NCBI GenBank assembly: GCA_963830365.1
Contig: CAWHMU010000042.1
Coordinates: 64,001-128,000 of the forward strand
DNA: 64,000 nucleotides
Reading direction: 5' to 3'
Origin: an uncultured Chlamydiae bacterium
GTDB lineage: Bacteria; Chlamydiota; Chlamydiia; Chlamydiales; Parachlamydiaceae
A program made the position numbers and the translations under genes. Numbering within the stretch: the stretch's first letter is position 1; each line of letters opens with the position of its first letter. The notes beneath the pieces were generated by a model, which made no database searches, had not been told where the DNA came from, and saw only the letters and a list, made by a program, of their open reading frames with translations. Of this stretch, positions 20,518 to 30,464 are shown piece after piece.

Positions 20518-21155
20518 TCCATGTGAAGCAGGCTGGAGTGGAGATGGAAGGGATGCTCAAGGTTCCGCCAGGGGCTAAAGGCCTAGTGCTCTTTGCCCAT
20601 GGCAGCGGCAGCAGCCGCTTTTCGCCACGCAACAATTATGTGGCCGACGTGTTGAATGAGGCGGGGCTGTCGACGCTGCTCATCGACCTGCTTTCCAAGC
20701 AGGAGGATGAAGTCTACCAGACAAGATTTGATATCAACCTGCTCGGCCAGCGGCTGGGGTGGGTGGTGGAGTGGCTGCAGAAACAACCGGAAAGCAAAGA
20801 CCTCGCCATCGGACTTTTTGGCGCCAGCACAGGGGCGGCGGCGGCCTTGCAGGTGGCAGCCGCTATGGGCAAGCAGATCAAAGCTGTCGTTTCGCGCGGC
20901 GGGCGTCCTGACCTGGCCATGGATGTGCTGGAAGATGTGGTGGCGCCGAGCTTGTTCATTGTCGGCGGCGAGGATTTCGGCGTCATAGAATTAAACCAGG
21001 AGGCCTTTGCCAGGCTGGTATGTTTGAAAAAATTCGACATCGTCCCCAACGCCACCCATCTGTTTGAAGAGCCGGGGTGCCTCGAGGAAGTCGCCGGGCT
21101 GGCTAAGGAGTGGTTTAAAAAGCATCTCGAAGCTAAAACAGCCGCAGAGCTATAA
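20505..21155 (+). CDS. Dienelactone hydrolase-like alpha/beta hydrolase
   Basis: FAHGSGSSRFSPRN, FGASTG, VSRGGRPDLA, ATHLFEEPG. Confidence 0.85.
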   Translation: MEKLIHVKQAGVEMEGMLKVPPGAKGLVLFAHGSGSSRFSPRNNYVADVLNEAGLSTLLIDLLSKQEDEVYQTRFDINLLGQRLGWVVEWLQKQPESKDLAIGLFGASTGAAAALQVAAAMGKQIKAVVSRGGRPDLAMDVLEDVVAPSLFIVGGEDFGVIELNQEAFARLVCLKKFDIVPNATHLFEEPGCLEEVAGLAKEWFKKHLEAKTAAEL

Positions 21156-21290
21156 AGATTGCGCTTGTCGGCGATGTGATGCTGGGGGCGCCTGGTCGAT
21201 GAGGCGTTATAACCTGCCCCTCGTATTGCCTTTGGAGGAATACTGGTCGATGCGTCAGGATACCGACTTGTGTATCTCTAAGCTGGACCC
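21152..21290 (+). pseudogene. Fragment of a CapA/PgsA-family metallophosphatase
   Basis: Reads IKIALVGDVMLG-(frameshift)-RLVDEAL-stop, the CapA N-terminal GDVMLGR motif; truncated next to a repeat element. Confidence 0.6.
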
Positions 21291-21315
21291 TAATGGCTTT
21301 TGGTAAAAAATATTC

Positions 21316-21371
21316 ACATGATATTAGGATGGACAGAATGCTGATTTATCCTGTCCATCCTAATATCATGT
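21316..21371. repeat. CAGGAT/ATCCTG-family hairpin
   Basis: acatgatattaggatggacag...ctgtccatcctaatatcatgt; near-identical copy at about 22546-22610. Confidence 0.85.
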
Positions 21372-21496
21372 TGTTTTTTCTTGAATTTTGACCAGACAGA
21401 ATACCATCAAAAAAAAGCCTAGTGTAGACGTTGGCCGGACCCCAATCCTAAAAAGTCTGCTCGCGGCCTGAGTTTTTGAGCAGTCATCTTTGCCAA

Positions 21497-21946
21497 TCAC
21501 TCACATACTGGATACCGCCTCATACCCGGGAGATTGGGGTCAAGATTGGAGTCAGGCTTGGCATTTGGAAATTTGATACTTAGAGTGTTGATAGAAAGAT
21601 ATTTAAACATCAATTCTCCAAATGCCAAGCCTGACACCTTTTCATAATCGGAAGAAAAATGAACAATTTCCGGGGCAATGCCTGCCTTGCTAGCCAAAAG
21701 ATGAGCGACATATTCATGCTGCTTATTGAGGCCAAATGCACGCACATTATCTTTCAATATTTTTGCAACGAAAGTTTCAGACCCTACTTCAATTTTGTAA
21801 GCAAGATTATCAAGACCGCCGAATAATGGCGTAATAGTTAGCGAAGAAGCGTCCAGCCAACCGGGGGTGTTTTCAATAAGCATTTTTACGAGAGGGTGTA
21901 TCCTTTCCATGCTTTTGAAATACTGCAGGTAATTGAATAAAGGCAA
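21497..21946 (-). pseudogene. Truncated choline/aminoglycoside phosphotransferase-like gene (N-lobe only)
   Basis: PLFGGLDNLAYKI, HEYVAHLLAS..GIAPEIV; no C-lobe HxD motif; surrounded by repeat debris. Confidence 0.55.
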
Positions 21947-22346
21947 TACATTGTTTTATCAAATCACTGGCTTGAACCAAGCCAGCACCTCTGAATCCAC
22001 CTCCATGTGGCCCGCCGCAGCGCGATCAGTGAATCCGTGACAGATGGAAGGTTTACAAGTAGGCTGAAATCTGCTGACCGCCGCCGCGGTATAAGCCACT
22101 ATCCAACATCTTAATTTGAGTCACATAAGTACCTTTGCAATTTTCTCAAACGGGGATTGGAGAAAGTTTACTCAAGATCGCAAGCAATTCACAAAGTTCT
22201 GATAATGAAGGCTCATAAAAATGTGAAGACTTAATACTTTTACCGGCTAAAGGTCCTCATTTGTCGGATGAACCTTTATATATGTTAAGATCTCGCGTTG
22301 GCCTTTTGCTTTTAGCAATTCTACTGACACTCTCCTGCTTAATTGC

Positions 22347-22746
22347 ATGCCTATACGCTTGACACCCAAAATTTGACTGCGCGAGAGGGGTTAAATGTTG
22401 AGCTTTGAGAGGCTATGTTCACCCTTATAGGGAAAACTTTCGGTCACAGGTACGAACATTCGCCATGGCCGGAATCAAAATACAGTTAGACACTGGCCGA
22501 TCGGGCTCTGTTAACCTTATGCCGTAATGATTTTCGTTAAAAATAACAACAGGATATTAGGATGGACAGGATGACTGATTTATCCTGTCCATCCTAATAT
22601 CCTGTTGTTTTTTTTATTAAATTTTGGCCGAACAGGTGAACACCACCCTTTGTGATGAAGTCATTGCGCTAGCTATTACCAAGGAGCAAAACTCAGTTGA
22701 GAGCCCCTCGCAATCAGTCAAATTTGGGTGTCAAGCGTATAGGCAT
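22347..22746. mobile_element. 400-bp MITE with ~33-bp terminal inverted repeats and a 10-bp TSD
   Basis: atgcctatacgcttgacacccaaaatttgactg / cagtcaaatttgggtgtcaagcgtataggcat; gcttaattgc on both sides (22337-22346, 22747-22756). Confidence 0.85.
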
Positions 22747-22896
22747 GCTTAATTGCAGTTTTTTCTAAATATAAATCCGCAAACCGCATATTATCAATAA
22801 GTTAAACTTTGTATTATTTCACTATATGGTTGCCGCTCCTCTTTGCAATAAGACTTTGCCTTAGCCCTCATCATAGAGCGTTTACTGAAGTCTACG

Positions 22897-23601
22897 CTAC
22901 AGTGTGAGCGCTTTGAGCTCGCCGTTGACGAGGTGGTAGCGGCGTTGGCAGAGTTTGGCCAGTTCATGGTCGTGGGTGACGATGATCAGTGTCTTATTAT
23001 GGGCATGGGCGAAGTTGAGCAGCAGCTCATGGATGATGGTGGAGGTTTGGCGGTCCAGGTTGCCTGACGGCTCGTCGGCAAAGATGATATCTGGATCGTT
23101 GCACAGGGCGCGGGCGATGGCCACGCGCTGCTTTTCGCCGCCCGACAGCAGCTTGGTATTGAAATGGGCGCGGTCGGCGAGCCCTACATGCGCTAGCAGC
23201 TGGCAGGCGCGTTGGTAGGCGGGAGTATTGGGTGATGTGGCCTTTCGGGCTATCTTGGCGGGCATCAGCACGTTTTCCAGGGCGGTGTAGTCTTCCAGCA
23301 GGTGGAAGGACTGGAAAATGAAGCCGAGCTTCTGGTTGCGGATCTGGCTTTTGTTGAACTGGGAGATGGCGACGCCGTCGATCTCCAGGCTGCCGCCGCA
23401 GGGATTGTCGAGTGTGCCGAGGATCTGCAGCAGGGTGCTTTTGCCTTCGCCTGAGCGCCCCATGATGGCCAGGGTATCGCCGCGGTGTACGTCGAGATTT
23501 ATCTCTTTGAGGATATCTATATGCACGGGGTTGTAGAAGGCTTTGCGCAGTTGCATAGCGCGCAGGATCAGAGGTTTTTCGATGGTGTTTTCCATAATCA
23601 T
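22897..23601 (-). CDS. lolD: Lipoprotein-releasing ABC transporter ATPase
   Basis: GRSGEGKST Walker A, LSGGEKQRVAIARAL, ADEPSGNLD; follows a FtsX-type permease. Confidence 0.88.
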   Translation of the reverse strand: MIMENTIEKPLILRAMQLRKAFYNPVHIDILKEINLDVHRGDTLAIMGRSGEGKSTLLQILGTLDNPCGGSLEIDGVAISQFNKSQIRNQKLGFIFQSFHLLEDYTALENVLMPAKIARKATSPNTPAYQRACQLLAHVGLADRAHFNTKLLSGGEKQRVAIARALCNDPDIIFADEPSGNLDRQTSTIIHELLLNFAHAHNKTLIIVTHDHELAKLCQRRYHLVNGELKALTL

Positions 23602-25700
23602 TCTGCCCTCAAGATGGCTGAAGGACGCAGCATGCTGGCCTTTACGGCCGGCACGATGCCGGCCAAAAGCGAGATGAAAGCCGTCGTCATCACCACCAGC
23701 GACAAAGCTTCAAAACTTAGTTCGCTGGGCAGGGTGTTGCCGTAAAAGACCGGATTGAATAGATCGTACCCCTGCAGGCGGCCGATGAAATCCACGAGGG
23801 CGTTCAGATTTCGTAGCGTGAGGAAGGCCGCCAGGATGCCGATCAGGCTGCCGAGGGTGCCCATGACCATGCCGCAGGTGCCGAAGATCAGGGCGATGCT
23901 GCCCGATGTCGCCCCCATGGAGCGCAGGATGCCGATTTCGAGTTTCTTGTCGTTGACCAGGATGATCAGCATGGAGATGATGTTGGAGCAGGCGACGATG
24001 ATGATGACCAGCGAGATGACGCTGAAGAGGTTTTTTTCGCTATGCAGCTGCTGGATGAGGTCTTTGGTGAATTCATATTCCTGGTACGTTTCGATATGCC
24101 AATAGGGGGCGATGCCATCGCGCTGGAAAGCCAGCTGCAGTTCGTTTTTTATTTTCTGGGCATCGCTTAGGTTGTCGAAGCGGATGTTAAGGCCGTTGCT
24201 GGCCAGCACGTCATTCTGGTTGTAGGAGGCGCGCACCATGGCGATGAGGTCTTTGGGGGCTAGGATATATTTGCCGCCGATCGGCATGATGCCGGGATCG
24301 TAAAAGCCGGCCACAAAGACCGCTACGCGCTGTTCCTGCAGGCTGCTGGGCGTCGGTGAATGGTAGGAGAGGTAGCCCTGGTCGCCGAGCAGGACGCCGG
24401 CTTCTTTAAAGCTTTTGGGCAGCAGGATGGCATCGCCCACGTTGGGGTCGTTGGGCAAGACAATCCCCGCTTGGGGAGAAAGGTGGGCAAAGAGATGGGT
24501 CTTGGCATTGGGCAGGACTTTAGCTTCGGCCAGTTGCAGGCGGTCGAGCGACACTTTGCCTGCTATGAGGGAGCCTTGGATGGTGGCGTGCATGTCAAAG
24601 GCAAGCTCTTGCGGCCTAGCGGCTTTGGCGATGGAGTCGGTAATGACTGTGGCCGGCAGCTTGATATTGCCTTCGAGGAACATCGGCATCGATGCAGGCA
24701 CGTTTTGGATGTCCTGTCCGGCCAATTTGAGGGTGGCCTTTTCGCTGTCGATATGCAGCTCGCCGGCTACTGCCCGGGCACTATCTGATTGCAGGCGCTG
24801 CAGCAGCGAGGTTAGTGCGGCTGCGTCTGGCGGGATGATGAGGCGGGTGATATCGCCATCTTTAATTATGGCCACCACTTGTAAATCGGCGACGGCCGGC
24901 AAGAAGGCGCGTGGCAGGCGCCAGCCTTGAGGCGGTGTTTTCAGGGCCTGCACCTCGATTGCTTGAAAGAAGTCTTGCAGGCGCTTTTGCATATGCGGCG
25001 TGTCAAGGCGATGCACGATATCTGGTGCTTCCTCCAGTACATTATCGGAGGAGATGGCTTGCATGTGGAGCAGGTTGGTGAAATCTTCCAGCGTCAATGG
25101 CAGGAGGGCTTTGGTCAATGCCGGCGTGTCGGCATCGAAAGAACCGATATAGGCGGCATGGTCGAGGAACTGTTGTGACTGCTGGTTTGTGCCTGCCATA
25201 TGACGCAGAAGTCTTAAGCGCACATTGGCGACTGTCGTTTCAAAATCCGAAACTTTTAGGTTTTTTGGCGTGGCAAGGCTTGACGCGCTCTGCTGCACCT
25301 GTTTGACGAGGTCTTTCAGCTGGCCATGGGCATCGCGGTCTGGGAGCGGCCAATGTGCCGGCAGCTCTTCATCGGTGGTTGGATCATAGGGATCGGCGGC
25401 AGCGGCGTTAAGTTTTTCGCCGATTGTTTTGGCGGTATAATCTGCGCGGGCGCTGATGGTATCGATCTGATGGTAGTAGGAGGCGTAATATTTATCAGTG
25501 GGGGTGACGCGGATGGGGGCGGTGAGGGCGATGATTTTGTCTACCCAGCTATTTTCGAGACCGTCTTTGACGGAGAAGAAGACGACGATCAGCCAGACGA
25601 CAAGGGCGATCACGAGGATCGAAACCAAGCTGATGATAGAGACAGAAAGCTGCCTCCATCGTGGAATAAGATACTTACCGGCTACAGACAGCTCAAACAT
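23598..25700 (-). CDS. LolC/E-family (FtsX-like) permease with large periplasmic insert
   Basis: MFELSVAGKYL start, EIGILRSMGA motif; chlamydial rpmG-lolC/E-lolD order. Confidence 0.85.
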   Translation of the reverse strand: MFELSVAGKYLIPRWRQLSVSIISLVSILVIALVVWLIVVFFSVKDGLENSWVDKIIALTAPIRVTPTDKYYASYYHQIDTISARADYTAKTIGEKLNAAAADPYDPTTDEELPAHWPLPDRDAHGQLKDLVKQVQQSASSLATPKNLKVSDFETTVANVRLRLLRHMAGTNQQSQQFLDHAAYIGSFDADTPALTKALLPLTLEDFTNLLHMQAISSDNVLEEAPDIVHRLDTPHMQKRLQDFFQAIEVQALKTPPQGWRLPRAFLPAVADLQVVAIIKDGDITRLIIPPDAAALTSLLQRLQSDSARAVAGELHIDSEKATLKLAGQDIQNVPASMPMFLEGNIKLPATVITDSIAKAARPQELAFDMHATIQGSLIAGKVSLDRLQLAEAKVLPNAKTHLFAHLSPQAGIVLPNDPNVGDAILLPKSFKEAGVLLGDQGYLSYHSPTPSSLQEQRVAVFVAGFYDPGIMPIGGKYILAPKDLIAMVRASYNQNDVLASNGLNIRFDNLSDAQKIKNELQLAFQRDGIAPYWHIETYQEYEFTKDLIQQLHSEKNLFSVISLVIIIVACSNIISMLIILVNDKKLEIGILRSMGATSGSIALIFGTCGMVMGTLGSLIGILAAFLTLRNLNALVDFIGRLQGYDLFNPVFYGNTLPSELSFEALSLVVMTTAFISLLAGIVPAVKASMLRPSAILRAE

Positions 25701-25716
25701 AGGCCCTCGTTTTTTC

Positions 25717-25755
25717 AAGGCTGTGAAAAAGACATGTTGTTTTTTTCACAGCCTT
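25717..25755 (-). terminator. Hairpin downstream of rpmG (probable intrinsic terminator)
   Basis: aaggctgtgaaaaa...tttttcacagcctt. Confidence 0.55.
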
Positions 25756-25772
25756 ACAGAAGTATGAGAGTG

Positions 25773-25928
25773 CTATTTTGCTTCTTTAAAGTCGACGTGT
25801 TTGCGTAGGGTCGGGTCGTATTTTTTGCGTGTCAGACGATCTGGTGTGTTCGTCTTGTTTTTTTCTGTGTAGTAATGAAAAGCACTCTCGGAACTTTTCA
25901 TTTTGATATTCTCACGTTTTTTTGCCAT
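25773..25928 (-). CDS. rpmG: 50S ribosomal protein L33 (not in the ORF track)
   Basis: Manual translation [51 protein letters not shown] (51 aa); Cys-free L33; ggag RBS. Confidence 0.95.
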   Translation of the reverse strand: MAKKRENIKMKSSESAFHYYTEKNKTNTPDRLTRKKYDPTLRKHVDFKEAK

Positions 25929-26023
25929 AGCAATATCTCCGCTGCATCTATTTCATAAAAGGTGAAATCATACCCTAGTGATGGGATTGTTGAAAAGGAA
26001 AAAAGGGTGTGTGTTCACCTTTT

Positions 26024-26893
26024 CTAGATCAAATAGAGGGATAAACCTGCCCAGCCGAGTACGGAGCAGGTGATTTGGGGGTCTTTCAGCAGGTCGCGGG
26101 TGGGATCGCCGCCTTCATTGGAGTGGTGCAGCAGGAAGAGGTAGCGGAATAAGGCGTAGATGACAAAAGGCACGGTATAAATTAAATTTTCCGTATGGTG
26201 GAGGTTGACTGTTTCGGTACTCATCGTGTAGAGGCTGTAGCTGATGATCACGGCGGCAGCGCAGATGCTGGTTAGCTGGTCCAGCAGCGCGGCGCTATAA
26301 TGGCGCAGTACGCGCCTGTGTTCTTGCTTGAGATTGGCTAGGACCGAAATTTCGGCCCGGCGTTTGGCAAAGCCCAGGAAGAGGGTTACCATCAAGCTAC
26401 ACAGCAATAGCCACTTGGAGGGGGGGATGCCCACACCCAGGGTGCCGGCTAAGATCCGCAGCATAAAGCCTGTGGCGATGCAGAAGACATCGAGGATTAC
26501 GACATGTTTGAGCCACAGCGAATAGACGATATTCAACAGCAGATAAGCCATAATGATCGCCAGCACGGAAGGGGAGACCCAAAGCGCAAGCGCCAGGGCG
26601 GCGCTGCCAAGGAGGAGGGTCAGGCCCAAGGCAAAGCTTTTAGAGACTTTGCCGGCGGGCAGGGGGCGATATTGCTTTTTCGGGTGCTGCCGATCATTTT
26701 CACAATCGATGATATCGTTAAAGACATACACGCAGCTTGATGCCAGGCAAAAGGCCGCCGTCGCCAAGGATACCTGCACGAGCATATCGGCAGCGTCGAG
26801 GCGCCGGCTGAAAAGGATGCCGACAAAGACGAAGCTGTTTTTAATCCATTGAAGAGGCCTGATCAGCTGCCAGATATCGCGGACATGGTTCAT
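26024..26893 (-). CDS. Polyprenyl-phosphate phosphoribosyltransferase (UbiA family, DPPR synthase-like)
   Basis: RPLQWIKN, YVFNDIIDCENDRQHPKKQYRP, GFAKRRAE. Confidence 0.88.
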   Translation of the reverse strand: MNHVRDIWQLIRPLQWIKNSFVFVGILFSRRLDAADMLVQVSLATAAFCLASSCVYVFNDIIDCENDRQHPKKQYRPLPAGKVSKSFALGLTLLLGSAALALALWVSPSVLAIIMAYLLLNIVYSLWLKHVVILDVFCIATGFMLRILAGTLGVGIPPSKWLLLCSLMVTLFLGFAKRRAEISVLANLKQEHRRVLRHYSAALLDQLTSICAAAVIISYSLYTMSTETVNLHHTENLIYTVPFVIYALFRYLFLLHHSNEGGDPTRDLLKDPQITCSVLGWAGLSLYLI

Positions 26894-26906
26894 TTTAATT
26901 TCCTTT

Positions 26907-27548
26907 TCAGGTTAAGGGCGTCGGTGGGGGCATGTGGCGGAAGAAGGAGTGATCGGCAATGGCCAGCAGCTCCTTATCGCCGCGGCTATCGCCATAGGCG
27001 TAGATGTTATATTTCGCCAGCGGACCGAACGCTTCTTCCAGGCGGCGGACTTTTTCAGGGCCCCAGCAATTTAAGCCCGAGAGGCGGCCGGTGACATTGC
27101 CGGTTGGGGTGGTGGCCAGTTTCGAACAGATGACATGGTCAAAACCTGCCATTTTGGCCCAGGCATCGAGATAGGCGTCGACGGAGGCGCTGATCAAGAC
27201 GCACTGATGCTGTTGGCGTTTATGCCAGGCCAGACGTTTATTGGCCGCCGGCCGGACGAGGTGTTGCATTGAGCGAGAGGTGGCAAAGGTTTCGCCGAGT
27301 TCGCGCAGTTGGGCGATCGACATGCCGCCAAAAAAGCGCGTCAGGATCATCTCTTTGGCTTGCTGCCTTGACAGGCGCTTTAAGAGGAAGGCTGCCATGG
27401 CGGGAACTAATTTTGCCAGCTTGCCCAGGGTGCGCCAGGTGCCGGCGGTATAAAAGAGGAAGGAGAGCAGGCTGTCGCGCGTGGTGATGGTGCCGTCGAA
27501 ATCAAAGATTGCCAGGGTGGGCTTTGGTGCTGCTGAGGGGTCTATCAT
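26907..27548 (-). CDS. HAD-IB family phosphatase
   Basis: FDFDGTIT, ISAS, NCWGPEK, YGDSRGD. Confidence 0.88.
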   Translation of the reverse strand: MIDPSAAPKPTLAIFDFDGTITTRDSLLSFLFYTAGTWRTLGKLAKLVPAMAAFLLKRLSRQQAKEMILTRFFGGMSIAQLRELGETFATSRSMQHLVRPAANKRLAWHKRQQHQCVLISASVDAYLDAWAKMAGFDHVICSKLATTPTGNVTGRLSGLNCWGPEKVRRLEEAFGPLAKYNIYAYGDSRGDKELLAIADHSFFRHMPPPTPLT

Positions 27549-27560
27549 AATTTCATTCTC

Positions 27561-28304
27561 TTATAATTTCATTCTTTTGAAGATGCTTTCAGGAATGGCC
27601 TTAATGATGTGCATGATATATTTCCAAAAGCCGGGAATATAGACGATATCGCGCTTTGCGTCGAGTGTTTCAACAATGTTCTTGCCGACGTCTGCCGGGC
27701 TGGCTACCAAGAAGAGTCCGGGCTTGCCGAAGGTCATGGGAGTATCGACAAAGCCGGGTTTGATGGTGATGACGCGTACGCCGAGGGGGTACAGGCGGTT
27801 GCGCAGTCCCTGTAGAAACAGACTAAGGCCCCCTTTGGCGGCGCCGTAGATATAATTGCTTTGCCGACCGCGTTCGCCGGCAACCGATGAGAGGGCAATG
27901 ATGAAGCCTTGCTTTTGGGCGCTAAGATGGTTGGCGCAATGGGTCAAAATCGAGCAGGCGCCGGTGAAGTTGCTATGGATGATGGTTTGGGCGGCATCGA
28001 AATTGTGCAAAGCCGCGTCGTGGTCGCCGGTAGTCCCGAAGGCTAGCAAGACGCCATCAAGCGGTCCTATGGTGGTGACGACATGTTGCAGAAAGGCGCT
28101 GTGGCTGTCGAAGTCTTCGGCCTCGAAGGCTCCATACTGTACTTTGGCGGTATGGCGGATGGCGATGTCGGCGGCCAATCTTTCAAGCTCATCCACGTGG
28201 CGACCGGCCAGGAATAGGGCGTAGCCTTTTTCGGCGAAGGCATTGGCGGCGGCGCGGGCGATGGAAGAGGTGGCGCCCAGGATGAGGACAGTTTTGTTTT
28301 TCAT
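27561..28304 (-). CDS. DprE2-like short-chain dehydrogenase
   Basis: LGATSSIA, SSVAGERGRQSNYIYGAAKGG. Confidence 0.85.
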   Translation of the reverse strand: MKNKTVLILGATSSIARAAANAFAEKGYALFLAGRHVDELERLAADIAIRHTAKVQYGAFEAEDFDSHSAFLQHVVTTIGPLDGVLLAFGTTGDHDAALHNFDAAQTIIHSNFTGACSILTHCANHLSAQKQGFIIALSSVAGERGRQSNYIYGAAKGGLSLFLQGLRNRLYPLGVRVITIKPGFVDTPMTFGKPGLFLVASPADVGKNIVETLDAKRDIVYIPGFWKYIMHIIKAIPESIFKRMKL

Positions 28305-29653
28305 AGTTTTTTACCCATTTGCAGGCGGCGGCCGAGATCTGAGCTGATGCGGCCATGCGGATCGATGGTCTGTTTGATCTTTTGCCATTCGGCCAAGCGG
28401 GGGTACATGCGGCGGAATGTCTCCGGCTGTAGGCGGGCATCTTTAGCTAAATAGACCCTGCCGCCATACGCCAGCACGATGTCGTCCAGCTGGTCGAGCA
28501 GGGCAAAAACGCCCGGGTCTGCCAGGGGGATGTCGAGCGCCAGCGTAAAGCCTTCGCGGGGGAATGAGAGCAGGCCCTCGCCTTGCTGGCCGAAGCGCTT
28601 GAGTACGGCCAGGAAGGAGGCCCGGCGGCTGTCTGATAACTTGGTGAGCAGTTGCGGCAGGGCTTTTTTGGCTGCGGCCGGCGGGATGAGGCATTGGTAT
28701 TGCAGAAAGCCGCGTCGTCCATAGATGCGATTCCAGTCGTTGATCCCATCCAGAGGGTAGAAGAAATTATCTATATCACTGAGGAAGTGGTGTTTGCGGC
28801 TTTGCGTGTGATAGTAGAGGCTGTTGAAGGCTTTGATGCTCCAGTAGTTTAGGGCCTTGTCTGGCAGATAGCAGGGGATGGAGCGTTTGGCGGCAGCGGG
28901 GGCCGGCAGCAGCTGCGTCTTATGGCTTTGCAGATGGGCGGCCGTGGCATGGTGTCCGGTCATGAGGATGCCCCGGCCCATTTGCCGCCCTTTGGCCAGG
29001 CAGTCGATCCAGGCCACCGAGTATTTATCGTCTAAAGCCGGCTCTGCAAAGGCATCCATGAGCTTGTCGATATTGGCGGCGGCATGGTGGCTGACGTTGA
29101 CAAAGGAGGTTTCAATGGGCACCAGCTGCAGGGTGATTTCGGTGATGATGCCGGTAAGTCCCATGCCGCCGGCGCTGGCCCAGAAAAGGGGGGTGTTGAG
29201 GTTTTTGCTGCAGCGCAGGCGCGAGCCGTCGGCGGTGAGCAGCTCGATTTCAGTGACATAGCGGCTGAAGGAGCCGTCGACATGGTGGTTTTTGCCATGC
29301 ACGTCGGCGGCAAAGCAGCCGCCTAGGGTGACGTATTTCGTGCCGGGGGTGACGGGCAGAAACCAGCCGCGCGGAATGAAGATGTTTAGGATGTCGGCAA
29401 GCGTCGTGCCGGCTTCGGCGCGAAGCAGGCCGCTCACTTCATCGAAGGCTAGCAGGCGGTTCAGGCGTTCCATCAGCAGTACGCTATGACCGCCATTTAG
29501 GGCGGCATCGCCATAGCTGCGGCCGAGACCGCGCGCAAGTGTCGCGCCGTCTTCAGCGAGTTTCAGATCCCGGCAGCTTTCCGGACGTTTAACCAAGGCT
29601 TTGGAATGGGGATAGTTATTCCAGCAGCAGAGAGATGTCATTTCGGATGTCAT
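28301..29653 (-). CDS. DprE1-like FAD-dependent oxidoreductase
   Basis: RGLGRSYGDAA, PVTPGT, ADVHGKNHH, GGRVYLAKD. Confidence 0.9.
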   Translation of the reverse strand: MTSEMTSLCCWNNYPHSKALVKRPESCRDLKLAEDGATLARGLGRSYGDAALNGGHSVLLMERLNRLLAFDEVSGLLRAEAGTTLADILNIFIPRGWFLPVTPGTKYVTLGGCFAADVHGKNHHVDGSFSRYVTEIELLTADGSRLRCSKNLNTPLFWASAGGMGLTGIITEITLQLVPIETSFVNVSHHAAANIDKLMDAFAEPALDDKYSVAWIDCLAKGRQMGRGILMTGHHATAAHLQSHKTQLLPAPAAAKRSIPCYLPDKALNYWSIKAFNSLYYHTQSRKHHFLSDIDNFFYPLDGINDWNRIYGRRGFLQYQCLIPPAAAKKALPQLLTKLSDSRRASFLAVLKRFGQQGEGLLSFPREGFTLALDIPLADPGVFALLDQLDDIVLAYGGRVYLAKDARLQPETFRRMYPRLAEWQKIKQTIDPHGRISSDLGRRLQMGKKL

Positions 29654-29721
29654 AGTGCCTGTGGTGCCTAGGGTGATGAATCAAAGCGGCTAGATTAAAG
29701 CCTAGGGGATATGCTTGTCAA

Positions 29722-29778
29722 GCGGATGGACCAAGCGGACGAGGCGGACGAAGCGGACAGCGGTTCATGGACGCCATG
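29722..29778. repeat. GGAC-core 9-mer tandem repeat (single arm)
   Basis: ggaccaagc-ggacgaggc-ggacgaagc-ggacagc; same family as 57289-57416. Confidence 0.7.
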
Positions 29779-29982
29779 GTTGTTTTGAAACTTGTATTCC
29801 CGACATAACTTTATTTGGCAGAGGCCTAATAGATCAAGAGGCCGCTATCTTTAGCAAGATGATATTAAGACGATCGGGATCCTTAATCATGATTTTTAGC
29901 GCCGATTCCTGAAAATAATGTTGGTGATGTAGTAAAATGCTTGCTGGTGGTATAGCACAACTAATTGACGTGTTGCGAAAAA

Positions 29983-30014
29983 CTTCACCACCGAGGCACA
30001 GAGGCACAGAGAAG
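29983..30014. repeat. CACAGAG-family single arm
   Basis: cttcaccaccgaggcacagaggcacagagaag. Confidence 0.75.
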
Positions 30015-30464
30015 GAAAATGGAGCTTGCTCTTAGGGTTTTGTTAATAGGCACTCTTTTCTAGGTGGGTCCTACAAAACCAGATGAACCTGAAATCACAC
30101 TAGATGCTTAAATCGTAAAAGATAAATATATTGTGTGGTTTATATTTTATATGTTACATTTATCATTTGTATTTTTGCTTGTTTGTTTGATTTGTTGTTG
30201 TTTTCTGGTCTTAATTGATGTTGTTGATGTATTCAATCATTGATTGATATAAGGAGGACCTATGACATCAAAAGACACGAATACCTGCACCTGTATATGC
30301 CAATAACGGCCTGCATTTGATTTCACTTTTAATAAATAAAACTTGTCAGTTCAATGGTGCATAAAGTATTTTCCGGAAACCATAAAGGATAAGCTTGCGC
30401 GAAGGCGGTGGCGCAGGATAAACGGCAAATCCGGTAGTATCTATGAAGACCATCAAAGGGGGAA

